From contig OZ242311.1 of the NCBI GenBank assembly GCA_965207885.1, forward strand, positions 5,536,001 to 5,600,000: a stretch of DNA of 64,000 nucleotides, read 5' to 3'. Source of the stretch: Candidatus Latescibacterota bacterium (GTDB lineage Bacteria; Latescibacterota; UBA2968). Positions 8,856 through 19,024 of the stretch are shown here, one piece after another. The first letter of the stretch is position 1. Each line of letters opens with the position of its first letter. Under the pieces are notes generated by a model. It was not told the origin of the DNA, searched no databases, and saw nothing but the letters and a program-made list of their open reading frames with translations. The translations under genes and the position numbers were made by a program.

Positions 8856-11717
8856 ATGCGCATACTGTATATCCTTACTTTCGTACTGTGGAATGCTTAC
8901 TCGGTCGTAGCTCAGGATATGGGCAGCTTGACGGGCAAAGTGGAAACCGAGGACGGAGAAGCATTATTCGCGGCCAATATCGTAGTCAAAGGACCGGCCA
9001 TTAAAGGCACCCGGGGTACAATCACCAACGAACGAGGTAGCTATCGCATCGACAACTTGCCGCCGGGTACTTACGAAATCACCATCAGTTATATCGGATA
9101 TGAAACCATCGTCGCAACCGGCGTAGAAATCCGCCCCGGTGAAAGTATAACGCGAAATTTCAAGTTGACCGCTGTAGCCCTCATTGGTCAGCAAGTCGTC
9201 GTCTCGGCATCCCGCAAACAGGAGAAAGCCCTGGACGCGCCTGCCTCAATTGCAACAGTCGATGCCTCTGAAATCAGAAATCGAGAAGTCTTGACAATGA
9301 GTGAATATGTCAAGACTCTGCCCGGTGTTGACTATGCTCAAACGGGCATATCGCAAGGCAGCATGGTCGTTCGCGGATTCAACAAGGTATTTTCTGGCGC
9401 ATTGCTCACACTCGTTGACAACCGCATTGCCCGCATCCCTTCCCTGCGCCTCAATGCTTATGATTTAATCCCCCTTACCAGTGACGACATTGAGCGCATC
9501 GAAATCGTTCTGGGACCCGGATCCGCACTTTACGGTCCCAACAGTGCCAATGGCGTGATGCACATTATCACCCGCTCGCCATTTGGATCGGAAGGCAATA
9601 CAATTTCCATATCTGGCGGCCAGCGCAGTGTGAGAAAACTATCGCTGCGACACGCCAGCAGCCTCAACAACAAGATCGGGATCAAAGTTTCAGGTGGATA
9701 TGTTGCAACCCACGACTGGGAATATGTCGATCCTCTGGAAGTGGAAGCACGCGGTTTTAATCCACGCGATTACAGCACAGAAAGGACAAGTGGGGAGTTC
9801 AGGCTCGACTTTCGACCAACAGATGACCTGACACTGATAGGGTCGGTGGGCTATTCAAAAATGAGCGGTCTTCAACAGACGGATTTGGGTGCAGGCCAGG
9901 CGAAAGACTGGACCTATAGTTTTTATCAAGGCCGCCTGCTCTATCGCGGGTGGTTCGCACAAATCTTCTACAACACCAGCGATGCTGGTGACACGGAACT
10001 GATCACAGCCGGCGACCCAATTGTAGATAACTCGCATTTGATGGTCTTGCAACTGCAACACAATGCCAGCCTGGGGCAGAAACAACACTTTGCTTATGGT
10101 GCCGATGTATTGCTCACCCGGCCCAAAACACAGGGCACAGTACACGGCATGCATGAAGACGATGACGATATCGATGAATACGGGATCTACCTACAAAGCG
10201 AAACCAACCTGAGCGACCAGATCGATCTGATAGTGGCCGGGCGCATCGACAAACACAGTCTTATCGAAGACCTGTCTTTCTCACCCCGCGCAGCACTCGT
10301 CATCAAACCCGCGCAGGACAACGCCCTAAGACTGACATATAACCGCGCATTTAGCACGCCCTCAACCCCCACCTTATTTGTAGATCGAGTCGGCGTCCCC
10401 GACATCTTTATGCTCGGCACGAGTTTCAGCCCGGTATTGGGATTTAGTCCAGCAATTGACCTTCGCGCACAAGGCACTGCCGCTACCGGATTTACATTTC
10501 GCAGAGACAAAAATGGGCTACCCATGTTTCGGACGCCCTTTGCGCCCATAGCGGGCTTGTCAAAAGATCACTACTTCTCTCTTCACGACCCCCAAGGCAC
10601 CAATTTGATGTGGGGCGCTGCCAGAGGAGTAATACTGGATGGCCTATTGGCACAATTTGAACCTCTGGCAATAGAGATTCTCGCAGACGGGCTTGGGCTA
10701 TCACCAGATCAGGCTACTGCAATGATCGAACAACTCGTCGGGATATTTCCCGGAGTTATTCCAGAACAACTGCCGGGCTTGCAAAATACGGCTGCGATAT
10801 TGAATACGGAAACTCAGGGATTCGATCCCATACCCGACCTCGCCAATGCGGTGACAGACATAAGCAAAATCGGATCAACCACCACAGAAACCTTTGAAGT
10901 GGGATACAAAGGCATCGTCAAAAACAAACTCATTCTGGCAGCCGATGTCTATCAAACCAGAATCAAAAATTTTGTCAGCCCATTGCGGATTGAAACGCCC
11001 AACGTATTTCTCGCACCCGGTCCCTTAAGCGAGGCTCTAACAGACGCGATTACCGAAAACTTGAAAGACCCCGCCAATGCAAGCCTTGCACTCGTCCTCA
11101 TTTTTTTAGATCATCTCAACGAACCAGAATTCGGGTTGGTTGGCAATGGCAATGGGACAGGCATAGATGAATTGACGCAGTTATTTGTATCCAACGCCGC
11201 GCTGATCCCCTTTGGCACCATAGCACCCGAACAGGCAGCAGACCCCACCGCAGTAATAGTCACACCTCGCAATTTTGGCCGCATAACACTCTATGGTGCT
11301 GACCTATCATTTGCGTATTACCCAAACGAAATATTGGCTTTTACCGGCAATTATTCCTATGTCAGCAAAGACTTATTCCCCAATTTAGACAACATCGGCG
11401 ACATAGCCCTCAATGCGCCCAAGCACAAATTTAACATCGGTATCGATTGTCAATTGCCCAATACACCGCTCACTATTAGTGGAAAATTGCGCTATCGCGG
11501 TGGTTTCCCCATGCAATCGGGTATATATGTCGGCAAGGTAGATTCTCATACTGTTCTGGATTTGAATTTGACCTATCAGTTGCCACTTTCAAATGACCGC
11601 TTCACGACCTCCTTAAATTTGAATGCCAGCAATGTGCTAAATCAAGAATACCGATCATTTGTCGGTTCGCCGTGGATTGGGCGCCTGATTACAAGCAGCT
11701 TACACGTTCGGTTCTAA
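8856..11717 (+). CDS. TonB-dependent receptor (copy 2, tandem paralog)
   Basis: Same architecture, collinear with copy 1 along its full length, C-terminal Phe. Confidence 0.92.
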   Translation: MRILYILTFVLWNAYSVVAQDMGSLTGKVETEDGEALFAANIVVKGPAIKGTRGTITNERGSYRIDNLPPGTYEITISYIGYETIVATGVEIRPGESITRNFKLTAVALIGQQVVVSASRKQEKALDAPASIATVDASEIRNREVLTMSEYVKTLPGVDYAQTGISQGSMVVRGFNKVFSGALLTLVDNRIARIPSLRLNAYDLIPLTSDDIERIEIVLGPGSALYGPNSANGVMHIITRSPFGSEGNTISISGGQRSVRKLSLRHASSLNNKIGIKVSGGYVATHDWEYVDPLEVEARGFNPRDYSTERTSGEFRLDFRPTDDLTLIGSVGYSKMSGLQQTDLGAGQAKDWTYSFYQGRLLYRGWFAQIFYNTSDAGDTELITAGDPIVDNSHLMVLQLQHNASLGQKQHFAYGADVLLTRPKTQGTVHGMHEDDDDIDEYGIYLQSETNLSDQIDLIVAGRIDKHSLIEDLSFSPRAALVIKPAQDNALRLTYNRAFSTPSTPTLFVDRVGVPDIFMLGTSFSPVLGFSPAIDLRAQGTAATGFTFRRDKNGLPMFRTPFAPIAGLSKDHYFSLHDPQGTNLMWGAARGVILDGLLAQFEPLAIEILADGLGLSPDQATAMIEQLVGIFPGVIPEQLPGLQNTAAILNTETQGFDPIPDLANAVTDISKIGSTTTETFEVGYKGIVKNKLILAADVYQTRIKNFVSPLRIETPNVFLAPGPLSEALTDAITENLKDPANASLALVLIFLDHLNEPEFGLVGNGNGTGIDELTQLFVSNAALIPFGTIAPEQAADPTAVIVTPRNFGRITLYGADLSFAYYPNEILAFTGNYSYVSKDLFPNLDNIGDIALNAPKHKFNIGIDCQLPNTPLTISGKLRYRGGFPMQSGIYVGKVDSHTVLDLNLTYQLPLSNDRFTTSLNLNASNVLNQEYRSFVGSPWIGRLITSSLHVRF

Positions 11718-11740
11718 TACTTGTCCTCTTTTTATCTTTA

Positions 11741-11777
11741 CAAAAAAATCCGAATCGCAATGATTCGGATTTTTTTA
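11741..11777. terminator. bidirectional intrinsic terminator
   Basis: AAAAAAATCCGAATC-gcaat-GATTCGGATTTTTTT between convergent genes. Confidence 0.85.
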
Positions 11778-11788
11778 TTCTCAGCGAT

Positions 11789-12979
11789 CTACCCAAGCGG
11801 CTGATACGGCCGAGATTCTGGATCGCGTTCGGGAAGCCCCAAACTATCCCAAAAAATTGTGTGTTCAAATGGCGTGAGGCGAAAATCTGGAATGGGAACT
11901 GGCGCACCGCCCAACTCAGCGGATTTATTTGCCAAAATCCCCGGCAAGCAGTACTCAATGGCGCGATACACATCAATCGGCGCTGGCTTGCCAGCGAGAA
12001 TAGACTGTGTAAAATGTCGGGCGAGTTTTAAGTCCGCGCCACCGTGCCCTGCAGAAGTATCATCGCCATGTGCGCCAAGACCAACAGGTAAAACCTCCCA
12101 ACCACTGCGATGATCTGCCCCTCGGGAAAAACGACGAGCGTGTTTTTCATAGCTAAACCATTCGGCACCGCCCTCAACGCCAAAAATGCGATATCGGTGT
12201 TCAGAAGGTCGAGCCGTATTCAGCGTAACCATAATTTTAATAAGCGCACCCTTCGCTGTTTCGAACACCGCGATCTGGCCGTCGGAACGCAGAGGCGCGT
12301 CGGCACTTCGGAATGGCGCGCTGCGGCAAGAGACAGAAACACAGCGGTCGTCAATCACTTCGAGCAATGGCCCCAGGTCATGCGTCAGGTATTGAATAGG
12401 CGGTTGATCGGCACGCCAGATCGGCATTGTATCCGCATACCCGGCTGCCCGCGCTCGAGTCGGCGTATGACGCGAACTATCCGGACGAAAAAGCGTAGCC
12501 GGCAAATGGTGAATATATTCGCCTTCGGCAATGGAAATGGGACCAAAGCGATCTTCGGCAACCCATTTACGGAAATAGCGGAAAAAATCCCAATAACAGG
12601 TATTTTCTCCCAACATATAAGTTTTGCCTGTGTACTCAACGGTCTGCCGCAAATTCATACACTCTTCCTGCGTATAAGCCCCCGGCACTTCCGAAAGCAC
12701 ATGACACCCCGCGCGCATCGCCTCACATCCGTGTTCCACCTGTAATTTCCCATTCGTCGCAATCACAACAGCATCGGGCTTGAGATCGAGCAAATCGTCA
12801 AACTCGGGCAAGATTGGAGCCGATGCACCAACCGATGCTATATGTTGCTCGGCGCGTTCTCTCAAGCGAGGAAAGCGGTCGCAAGCACCGATAACCTCTG
12901 CCTCTTCCAGCGCGAGGAAATTTCTAAAATGCGTAAAACCGCGACCGAGACCCAGAATACCGACTTTGAGCTTATCCAT
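11789..12979 (-). CDS. Gfo/Idh/MocA family oxidoreductase
   Basis: KVGILGLGRG Rossmann motif, HVLSEVP, GHGGAD. Confidence 0.88.
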   Translation of the reverse strand: MDKLKVGILGLGRGFTHFRNFLALEEAEVIGACDRFPRLRERAEQHIASVGASAPILPEFDDLLDLKPDAVVIATNGKLQVEHGCEAMRAGCHVLSEVPGAYTQEECMNLRQTVEYTGKTYMLGENTCYWDFFRYFRKWVAEDRFGPISIAEGEYIHHLPATLFRPDSSRHTPTRARAAGYADTMPIWRADQPPIQYLTHDLGPLLEVIDDRCVSVSCRSAPFRSADAPLRSDGQIAVFETAKGALIKIMVTLNTARPSEHRYRIFGVEGGAEWFSYEKHARRFSRGADHRSGWEVLPVGLGAHGDDTSAGHGGADLKLARHFTQSILAGKPAPIDVYRAIEYCLPGILANKSAELGGAPVPIPDFRLTPFEHTIFWDSLGLPERDPESRPYQPLG

Positions 12980-12994
12980 AATAAAAACCCCCAA

Positions 12995-14680
12995 TCAAAC
13001 AGACACAATGCGGATATCAACCTCAAATGCGCTGACGGGATAATTTATACCCCAGATTTCGAGAACGCCGGGATGAATCTCACCAATAAGCCCGTAAACG
13101 CGCTCGTCTATACAGATCTCGCCACTGCGACCAGGCAAAAATGTGGGATGCTCAATCGGCGCAATCGCGTATTCAAAATCAAAATAATAGGACAACACCT
13201 CCAGATAGCTCTGAACACCGGACAAATTGGCTTCGTCACTCGCTTCGAGCGCGCAAAGATGAATATCTGTGCGCGTACCGTAATCTTCCCCCGGAGCGAG
13301 AACCCCCACCTCACCCACTTCAAAAATTCGATGCGGGTACAGCGCGCGGCGACTTGTGGCTTCGGTCTTGAGCAAACCGGGCAACAACGACCCTCGAATC
13401 GCGCTGTAATTTTCGGACATAGGATTTGAAATCGAAATAATCTGTGCATCTGGATTATTCATATCCACCGTCTGTTCTTTTTGAGAACAGAGAATCGGCA
13501 AAAAGACCTCTTGAAATCCACACCCAACCATGAGATTGCGAAATCGATCTGCAAGATCCTCTTCTGGCGCGGCTTTGCCAACCGTAAAATCCCGGGGCAT
13601 CTCGGGTTCAAAAGCCTCGTACCCCACGCCGATCACAACATCTTCCACAACATCCACGGGATGTAAAATATCGTCGCGATAAGGTGCTGGACGCACGTTA
13701 ATACTCCGCTCTCCTAAATCAACATCTCGGTAACCCATCGCGTTGAGCGCAGTCTGAATCTGCCCCATCGAAACAGGTGACCCAACCACTTTGTAAATCT
13801 CATCTACATCGACCTCTAACGACTCGGTCAGATCATAGGGACACGTCACAACCTGCCCCCTCGACGTGTGATATGGATAGCGCACAGTCACGGGATAAAT
13901 GCGGGCACCCCGGTCAGCCATATTAACCGCCATAATCGCCATAGACAAAAGAATAGCGTCGAGTTCAGGTCCCGTCGCCTCGCAAAACAAAAACGCATCC
14001 CCCACTTCAACGCGCCCCAGACTCTGGCTATTAATCACAGGCGGCATGGACAGAACCTCGCCGCGCGAATCGCGGATCAGGGGAAACTTATCCTTCCCCT
14101 CGAGAAGATGTGCATACGTTCTGCCCGTGGGATGATCGGACAAAATTCGTCGCAAAGACATCTCAGACTCAGACTCCAGAGGAACAAAAGCCGTCGCATC
14201 GGGATCAACCGCATCGTATCGCACGGGATACACAATATCGGACGCATCGTAAATCCCGATCGCAACAACACTGCGACCGCGCCCATACCCATCGGCGAGT
14301 TTTTCCTGTGCCTCGATAAGCGCGTCCAGCGCCGCTTCGTCAATCGCAATACCACCACATGCAAAAGCGGCAATATAGGGACGAACATTTTGCAACGCGG
14401 GATCGACAATAACCTCCCGTTCCTCCGATACACCAGACGCATTGAAAAAAGAATACTCAGGCTGAACATTCTCCCGATGGCTTTTGAGCAACCGCGCAAG
14501 CCCCTCTGCCGACCACAAATCGGGGCGATTGGTATCCTTGAGTTGAATGCGAAGCGTATCGCCCTCTTCAGCATCAATCTCGGCCTTCGCCGTTTCAAGC
14601 GCAGCACTCAGACTCTCCGACGAATAAGCCTGCCCTGCGAGACGTTCAAAATCGGGTTTATTGACAGTAATTGTTGGCAT
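12995..14680 (-). CDS. pheT: phenylalanine--tRNA ligase beta subunit, short archaeal/eukaryotic type
   Basis: 561 aa; MPTITV start, NRPDLWSAEGLAR, SMPPVINS, YRDDILHPVDVVED; lacks the bacterial B2 OB-fold and B8 anticodon domains. Confidence 0.93.
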   Translation of the reverse strand: MPTITVNKPDFERLAGQAYSSESLSAALETAKAEIDAEEGDTLRIQLKDTNRPDLWSAEGLARLLKSHRENVQPEYSFFNASGVSEEREVIVDPALQNVRPYIAAFACGGIAIDEAALDALIEAQEKLADGYGRGRSVVAIGIYDASDIVYPVRYDAVDPDATAFVPLESESEMSLRRILSDHPTGRTYAHLLEGKDKFPLIRDSRGEVLSMPPVINSQSLGRVEVGDAFLFCEATGPELDAILLSMAIMAVNMADRGARIYPVTVRYPYHTSRGQVVTCPYDLTESLEVDVDEIYKVVGSPVSMGQIQTALNAMGYRDVDLGERSINVRPAPYRDDILHPVDVVEDVVIGVGYEAFEPEMPRDFTVGKAAPEEDLADRFRNLMVGCGFQEVFLPILCSQKEQTVDMNNPDAQIISISNPMSENYSAIRGSLLPGLLKTEATSRRALYPHRIFEVGEVGVLAPGEDYGTRTDIHLCALEASDEANLSGVQSYLEVLSYYFDFEYAIAPIEHPTFLPGRSGEICIDERVYGLIGEIHPGVLEIWGINYPVSAFEVDIRIVSV

Positions 14681-14700
14681 TTTTTATTCCTGATATTTAT

Positions 14701-16242
14701 CTACCGCGTATTCCTGACCAGATCCAAATCCGTACTGAACAAATCGCGTATATCGTTAATACCCAGCGCGACCATCGCCATTCGATCAACTCCCAGACCC
14801 CAGGCAATAACCGGAACATCCACCCCCAGAGGTCGTGTAAGCTCAGGACGAAAAAGACCCGCGCCACCGAGTTCGATCCATCCCAGAACGGGATGCTTCG
14901 CCTGAAGTTCTACCGAAGGCTCGGTAAAAGGAAAATAATCGGGCACATAGCGCACATCTTCGGACTGCGCGATCTCAAGGGCGAACAACTTGAGCAAACC
15001 GAGCAAACTGCGAAAATTTATCTCCTCGCCCAGAACAATACCCTCAGCCTGAAAAAAATCTGCCGCGTGCGTGGCATCGACATCGTCCGGGCGAAAGCAA
15101 CGCGCAAGAGCGAAATATTTACCCGGGATATTCGGCTCTGAAGCCAGCGTACGCCCCGAAAGCGCAGTACCCTGGCTACGCAAAATAAGGCGGCGCGACT
15201 GCTCGGGATTGAACTCATATCGCCACCCGCGCGAACCCGTCTCACCCCCGTTTTGATGCGCCTCGGCAACCCTGGAAAAATGGGGTTCTTCAGCCTCTCG
15301 GGATTTCGTCGGCTCCGTCACATAATACGCATCGTGAATATTGCGCGCCGCGTGGAACTGCGGCATAAAAAGGGCATCCATATTCCAAAACTCGGTCTCG
15401 ACCAGCGAACCCTTCATCTCTTCAAAACCGAGCGCCATCAACCGGCGTCGCACATTATCGAGATACGCCCGATAGGGATGGTGCTTCCCAATAAGCACGC
15501 GCGGCGGCTTAATCGACAAATCATATCGGCGAAAAGACGCACCCTGCCATGTGCCCTTCTGAATCATATCGGGCGTAAGACGAGAAATCTCATCCCCCGT
15601 GAGATTGGCTTTAACAACCTCCACAAGCACGCGCTGCCCTTCATCCGTAAGGCAATAAACCCGCTCCGTGCGCTCGTCCAAGCGAACAGGTGCCTTGCTC
15701 CCCCCGCGTTTGCGGGCATTGGCTTCGATATACTGGACAATATCACCGGGAAAATCATCAATCTCAATTCCGGTATCGGAAAATTTCTCAAACAATTCTG
15801 GCATGAGCCGATCAACAAAAAAAGAAGCGCGCTCTGCATCGACAATAACAACCGCCCCTTTGTCCAGATCGACAACCCCATCCCTTTTCAAACCGCCAAA
15901 TGCACTACCCCAGGCACCTCTGTCAAAACGCTCGTCGGCTTGCAAGTCCTGGATCCCAACGCGCTCTGCGCTCACCCGGGCCAAAAGTGCCGTCTCTGGC
16001 GTCGCGCCCTTTGAGGCAAAATCCCGTCCCACTTCCGTAAGCGAAACAGTCACGCGTGTATTTTCTCCGGTAACTTCCAGCAACTGCTTGGAAATCAGCC
16101 ACTCAACCGCGCGCCGAACCTGTCCCTCGCCGAGATCCGCGCCACTTTGAAGTTGTGCATCGGACTGCTCGGCACTGGCATTGTTTTGATACACACGCAA
16201 AATGCGAATTTCGAGCGCATGTAAAGATGCGAGATCAATCAA
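14701..16242 (-). CDS. pheS: phenylalanine--tRNA ligase alpha subunit, long archaeal type
   Basis: About 513 aa from TTG after GGAG; N-terminal winged-helix extension, FWNMDALFMPQFHAAR, YFPFTEPS, AWGLGVDR. Confidence 0.93.
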   Translation of the reverse strand: MIDLASLHALEIRILRVYQNNASAEQSDAQLQSGADLGEGQVRRAVEWLISKQLLEVTGENTRVTVSLTEVGRDFASKGATPETALLARVSAERVGIQDLQADERFDRGAWGSAFGGLKRDGVVDLDKGAVVIVDAERASFFVDRLMPELFEKFSDTGIEIDDFPGDIVQYIEANARKRGGSKAPVRLDERTERVYCLTDEGQRVLVEVVKANLTGDEISRLTPDMIQKGTWQGASFRRYDLSIKPPRVLIGKHHPYRAYLDNVRRRLMALGFEEMKGSLVETEFWNMDALFMPQFHAARNIHDAYYVTEPTKSREAEEPHFSRVAEAHQNGGETGSRGWRYEFNPEQSRRLILRSQGTALSGRTLASEPNIPGKYFALARCFRPDDVDATHAADFFQAEGIVLGEEINFRSLLGLLKLFALEIAQSEDVRYVPDYFPFTEPSVELQAKHPVLGWIELGGAGLFRPELTRPLGVDVPVIAWGLGVDRMAMVALGINDIRDLFSTDLDLVRNTR

Positions 16243-16269
16243 GAGAAACTCCAATGTTAGTATTAGACA

Positions 16270-16540
16270 ACAAAAAAGCCCCTTCGTCATCATAGGGACG
16301 AAAGAGCTTCTCCGCGGTACCACCCTATTTGCGCTAAAAAGCACCACTCAGCGGACGGCCATCACCATCCTGTCCATTATCGGTGGATCCACCGGCTCGG
16401 CTTAATAGGAAACTGTCTTTCCATTCGGCTTTGCAGCTCGGGAGGGAACTTCGCCTGTGCATCCTGCAGATGTGTTCTCAGCCCGGGACACATCCTCTCT
16501 GTCCAGTTGGGAACAGACTACTTTTCTCCGTCATCACCTT
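16270..16540 (-). ncRNA. T-box riboswitch, Phe specifier
   Basis: Stem I motifs (GATGA..AAAGTAG, CAGAGAG, GCTGAGA), GAAG-TTC specifier at 16446-16448, T-box AGGGTGGTACCGCG at 16313-16326, terminator hairpin with T-run. Confidence 0.92.
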
Positions 16541-16593
16541 GAAGGCAAAACATAGAAATTTGCGCTACAAGTGTCAAGCCGAAAGTCGCAAAT

Positions 16594-17877
16594 CTATCCG
16601 TCAACCGTTTTTCCAAAGGACTCCACAAAAAGGAGAAAATCCGTAATACCAACCGCGCCATCGCCATCGATATCGAATTTGGGATTGGTTGATCCAAATG
16701 CCTCCACAAAAAGGAGAAAATCCGTAATATTCACTTGTTTATCACCGTTAAAATCGGCCCTGGGGTTGGCAGAAGAGACCTTGACTATAATAGAAACGGA
16801 CAATGTCTGTGTTGCACTATTCGGATCATTACTCGAAATCGTGATATTGCCCGAAAACGTGCCCGCTGTCGAACCTGGAAACCTAATCGTAACCGTCTGT
16901 GAACCATTGGGCTCCACTGTGAACATAGAAGGTTCAAAAGTCAGGCCCGATACATCGCTCTCAATACCTGTAATTTCAAGAGGACCCGTACCCGTGTTCG
17001 CGACCGTAATAGTTTGTTCACGCGTTTGACCAACGTCAATCGTCCCGAAATTAACTGCCGTTTGCGGCACAGAGATCGCTGGCGCAGAGGGCGATTGAAC
17101 TATGATAGAAACGGACAATGTCTGTGTTGCACTATTCGGATCATTACTCGAAATCGTGATATTGCCCGAAAACGTGCCCGCTGTCGAACTCGGAAACGCG
17201 ATCGTCACCGTAGCTGAACTATCGGGAGCCAGTGTGAACATCGTAGTATCAAACGTCAAACCCGGCACATCGCTCTCAATACCCGTAATCTCCAACGGCG
17301 CAGTACCCGTATTCGTAATCGTAATCGTTTGTTGACCTGTTTGACCGGCGTCAATCGTCCCGAAATCAACTGCCGTTTGCGGCACTGCGATCGTCGGCGC
17401 AGGGGGCGGTATTTGCGCCAATAGTTCATTAACCCCGTCTTTCACTCTTGTAACAGAACTTGAACTCAAACCGCCTATGACGGGCAATGCAGTCCCATTG
17501 GGACGAACCACAACGAAATTCTCATACTGGGCCGGAGCAGCACCACCTGCATTTAGAAGCAAGGGAAAGGTAATGCCTCCGTTCCTGCGAAAGCCATCCA
17601 CCTGTGCCTGATTGCCATTCCAAGCATCGAGACCGAGCATCTCAACATTGGGATCTGCTTTATAATCTTGCCATAAACCTTCGAGTCGCGGACCCGCGGC
17701 TCTACAGGAAGGTCAGCTATACCCAAAGACCGCAAGTATGAGCACTTTGCCGCGATAGTCAGAGGCACTATATGTATTGCCGTCGAGACCCCGTAAAGAA
17801 AAATTAACCGTTTGTGCAGAAGCGGACCCGACGAGCAAAAGCAGAATCATCGGGATGGACAATAGATATTGGCGCAT
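16594..17877 (-). CDS. secreted selenoprotein: TlpA/redoxin (UxxC) + 2 ASH/choice-of-anchor D Ig-like domains + dockerin/EF-hand-like tail
   Basis: Signal peptide MRQYLLSIPMILLLLVGSASAQ, FSLRGLDGNTYSASDYRGKVLILAVFGYS-TGA(17713-17715)-PSC in frame with ORF 16594..17640; 427 aa if TGA is read as Sec. Confidence 0.82.
16790..17395. repeat. intragenic tandem duplication (315-bp period, two Ig-like domains)
   Basis: atagaaacggacaatgtctgtgttgcactattcggatc at 16790 and 17105; protein repeat VPQTAV(D/N)FGTID...TLSVSIIV. Confidence 0.9.
17678..17712 (-). promoter_or_regulatory. bacterial SECIS element
   Basis: Immediately 3' of UGA: CCUUC..GAG-c-CGCG-[GGUC]-CGCG-a-CUC-GAAGG; apical loop 18 nt from UGA. 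Confidence 0.75.
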
Positions 17878-17923
17878 GGCATTTATCCTCGTATATTGAT
17901 GAAAATAATGACAACCAAAACCT

Positions 17924-17956
17924 CTGGATCGCGGCTCAACTTCATGCCGCGATGAC
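17924..17956. repeat. REP-like palindrome, copy A
   Basis: CTGGATCGCGGCTcaacttCATGCCGCGATGAC; homologous copies at 44210 and 61712. Confidence 0.8.
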
Positions 17957-18032
17957 GGCTCTTCTGTCCTAAAGGTATCAACGCTTCAATTTAACAGAAG
18001 TTTCTCCACAGGTCAACCACAAGGAGCGAGCG

Positions 18033-18872
18033 ATGGACATCCTCACCGAAGAAAAAAAAGCGTTTTTTGACACCTTTGGATTTCTCGCATTTCCGGGGTT
18101 ATTGGCAGATTGCATCGACGAAATTATCGATGCATTTGAAACGATATGGGCACAACGGGGTGGTGGACACAACGGACAACCGCACGACGGCATCCGTCGA
18201 TCGTGCATTGTGCCATTTATCGACCAGCACGAACGGCTGTGCGCCCTCTTAGATGACCCGCGAATAAAAGAAATCCTGGTCGGATTACTCGGTGAAAATT
18301 TCAACTACATGGGATCAGACGGAAATTACTATGCCGGAGACACGCAATGGCATTCGGATGGCTGGGGCAAGGAAATTCGATTTGTAAAAATTGCCCTGTA
18401 TCTGGATCACTTAACGCGCGACACGGGTTGTTTGCGCGTCATCCCCGGGAGTCACCACCTCAAAGATCAATATGCAAATAATGTCGAAAACACCGTCCGA
18501 AATTCCCAGGATGAATGGGACATGCACGGACCAGACATACCTGCATTAGCCCTGGAAACCAACCCGGGCGACGTCGTCTTATTCAACCACAACCTCAAAC
18601 ACGCGGCCTTTGGAGGCAGTCCACGGCGGCGGATGTTCACCATCAACTGCAGCGAACGCTTCCCTGAAGATGAAGAACATATTGCACTGTTAAAAACACA
18701 GATCGCCGTACGCGCGCGGTTCTGGATTGATCGCGCTTACGGAAAAATCATGGTCGCAACCGCTGGTCCCGAACGCAAAAAACATCTATCGCAAGTCATG
18801 GCCCACGATGGTCACCTCGCCGAACTCGCCGCACGCGCGCGGAAAGAAATGCCCGAGCCATCGCGCGGATAA
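18033..18872 (+). CDS. phytanoyl-CoA dioxygenase (PhyH) family Fe(II)/2OG oxygenase
   Basis: FFDTFGFL, WHSD, GCLRVIPGSH, PGDVVLFNHNLKH. Confidence 0.88.
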   Translation: MDILTEEKKAFFDTFGFLAFPGLLADCIDEIIDAFETIWAQRGGGHNGQPHDGIRRSCIVPFIDQHERLCALLDDPRIKEILVGLLGENFNYMGSDGNYYAGDTQWHSDGWGKEIRFVKIALYLDHLTRDTGCLRVIPGSHHLKDQYANNVENTVRNSQDEWDMHGPDIPALALETNPGDVVLFNHNLKHAAFGGSPRRRMFTINCSERFPEDEEHIALLKTQIAVRARFWIDRAYGKIMVATAGPERKKHLSQVMAHDGHLAELAARARKEMPEPSRG

Positions 18873-18892
18873 CGCGGACACGATCAAAACCA

Positions 18893-18930
18893 GAAAGCCC
18901 TGTGTCTTGGATCACAGGGCTTTTTTTTGT
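18893..18930 (+). terminator. intrinsic terminator
   Basis: AAAGCCCTGTG-tcttggat-CACAGGGCTTTTTTTT. Confidence 0.85.
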
Positions 18931-19024
18931 TTAGGAATCCGTGTTCAGGAGTCACATATATATAGCGGGCGGAAAACAAGCGACCAGCGGCCAGCACAGC
19001 AATCGTCTTTTTGGAGTTACAATG

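Noticed and set aside
5943-11717. Diversity-generating retroelement or invertible locus behind the receptor pair
   Set aside because: No reverse transcriptase or recombinase; differences are not adenine-specific and span the whole gene
16243-16347. N-terminal extensions of pheS (similarly ilvB, fusA, ruvC) in the ORF track
   Set aside because: They run through leader RNA or intergenic sequence; downstream starts have clear RBSs
17553-17768. 71-aa ORF, or a start at 17640 for the Ig-domain protein
   Set aside because: Better explained by UGA read-through of the signal-peptide frame starting at 17877
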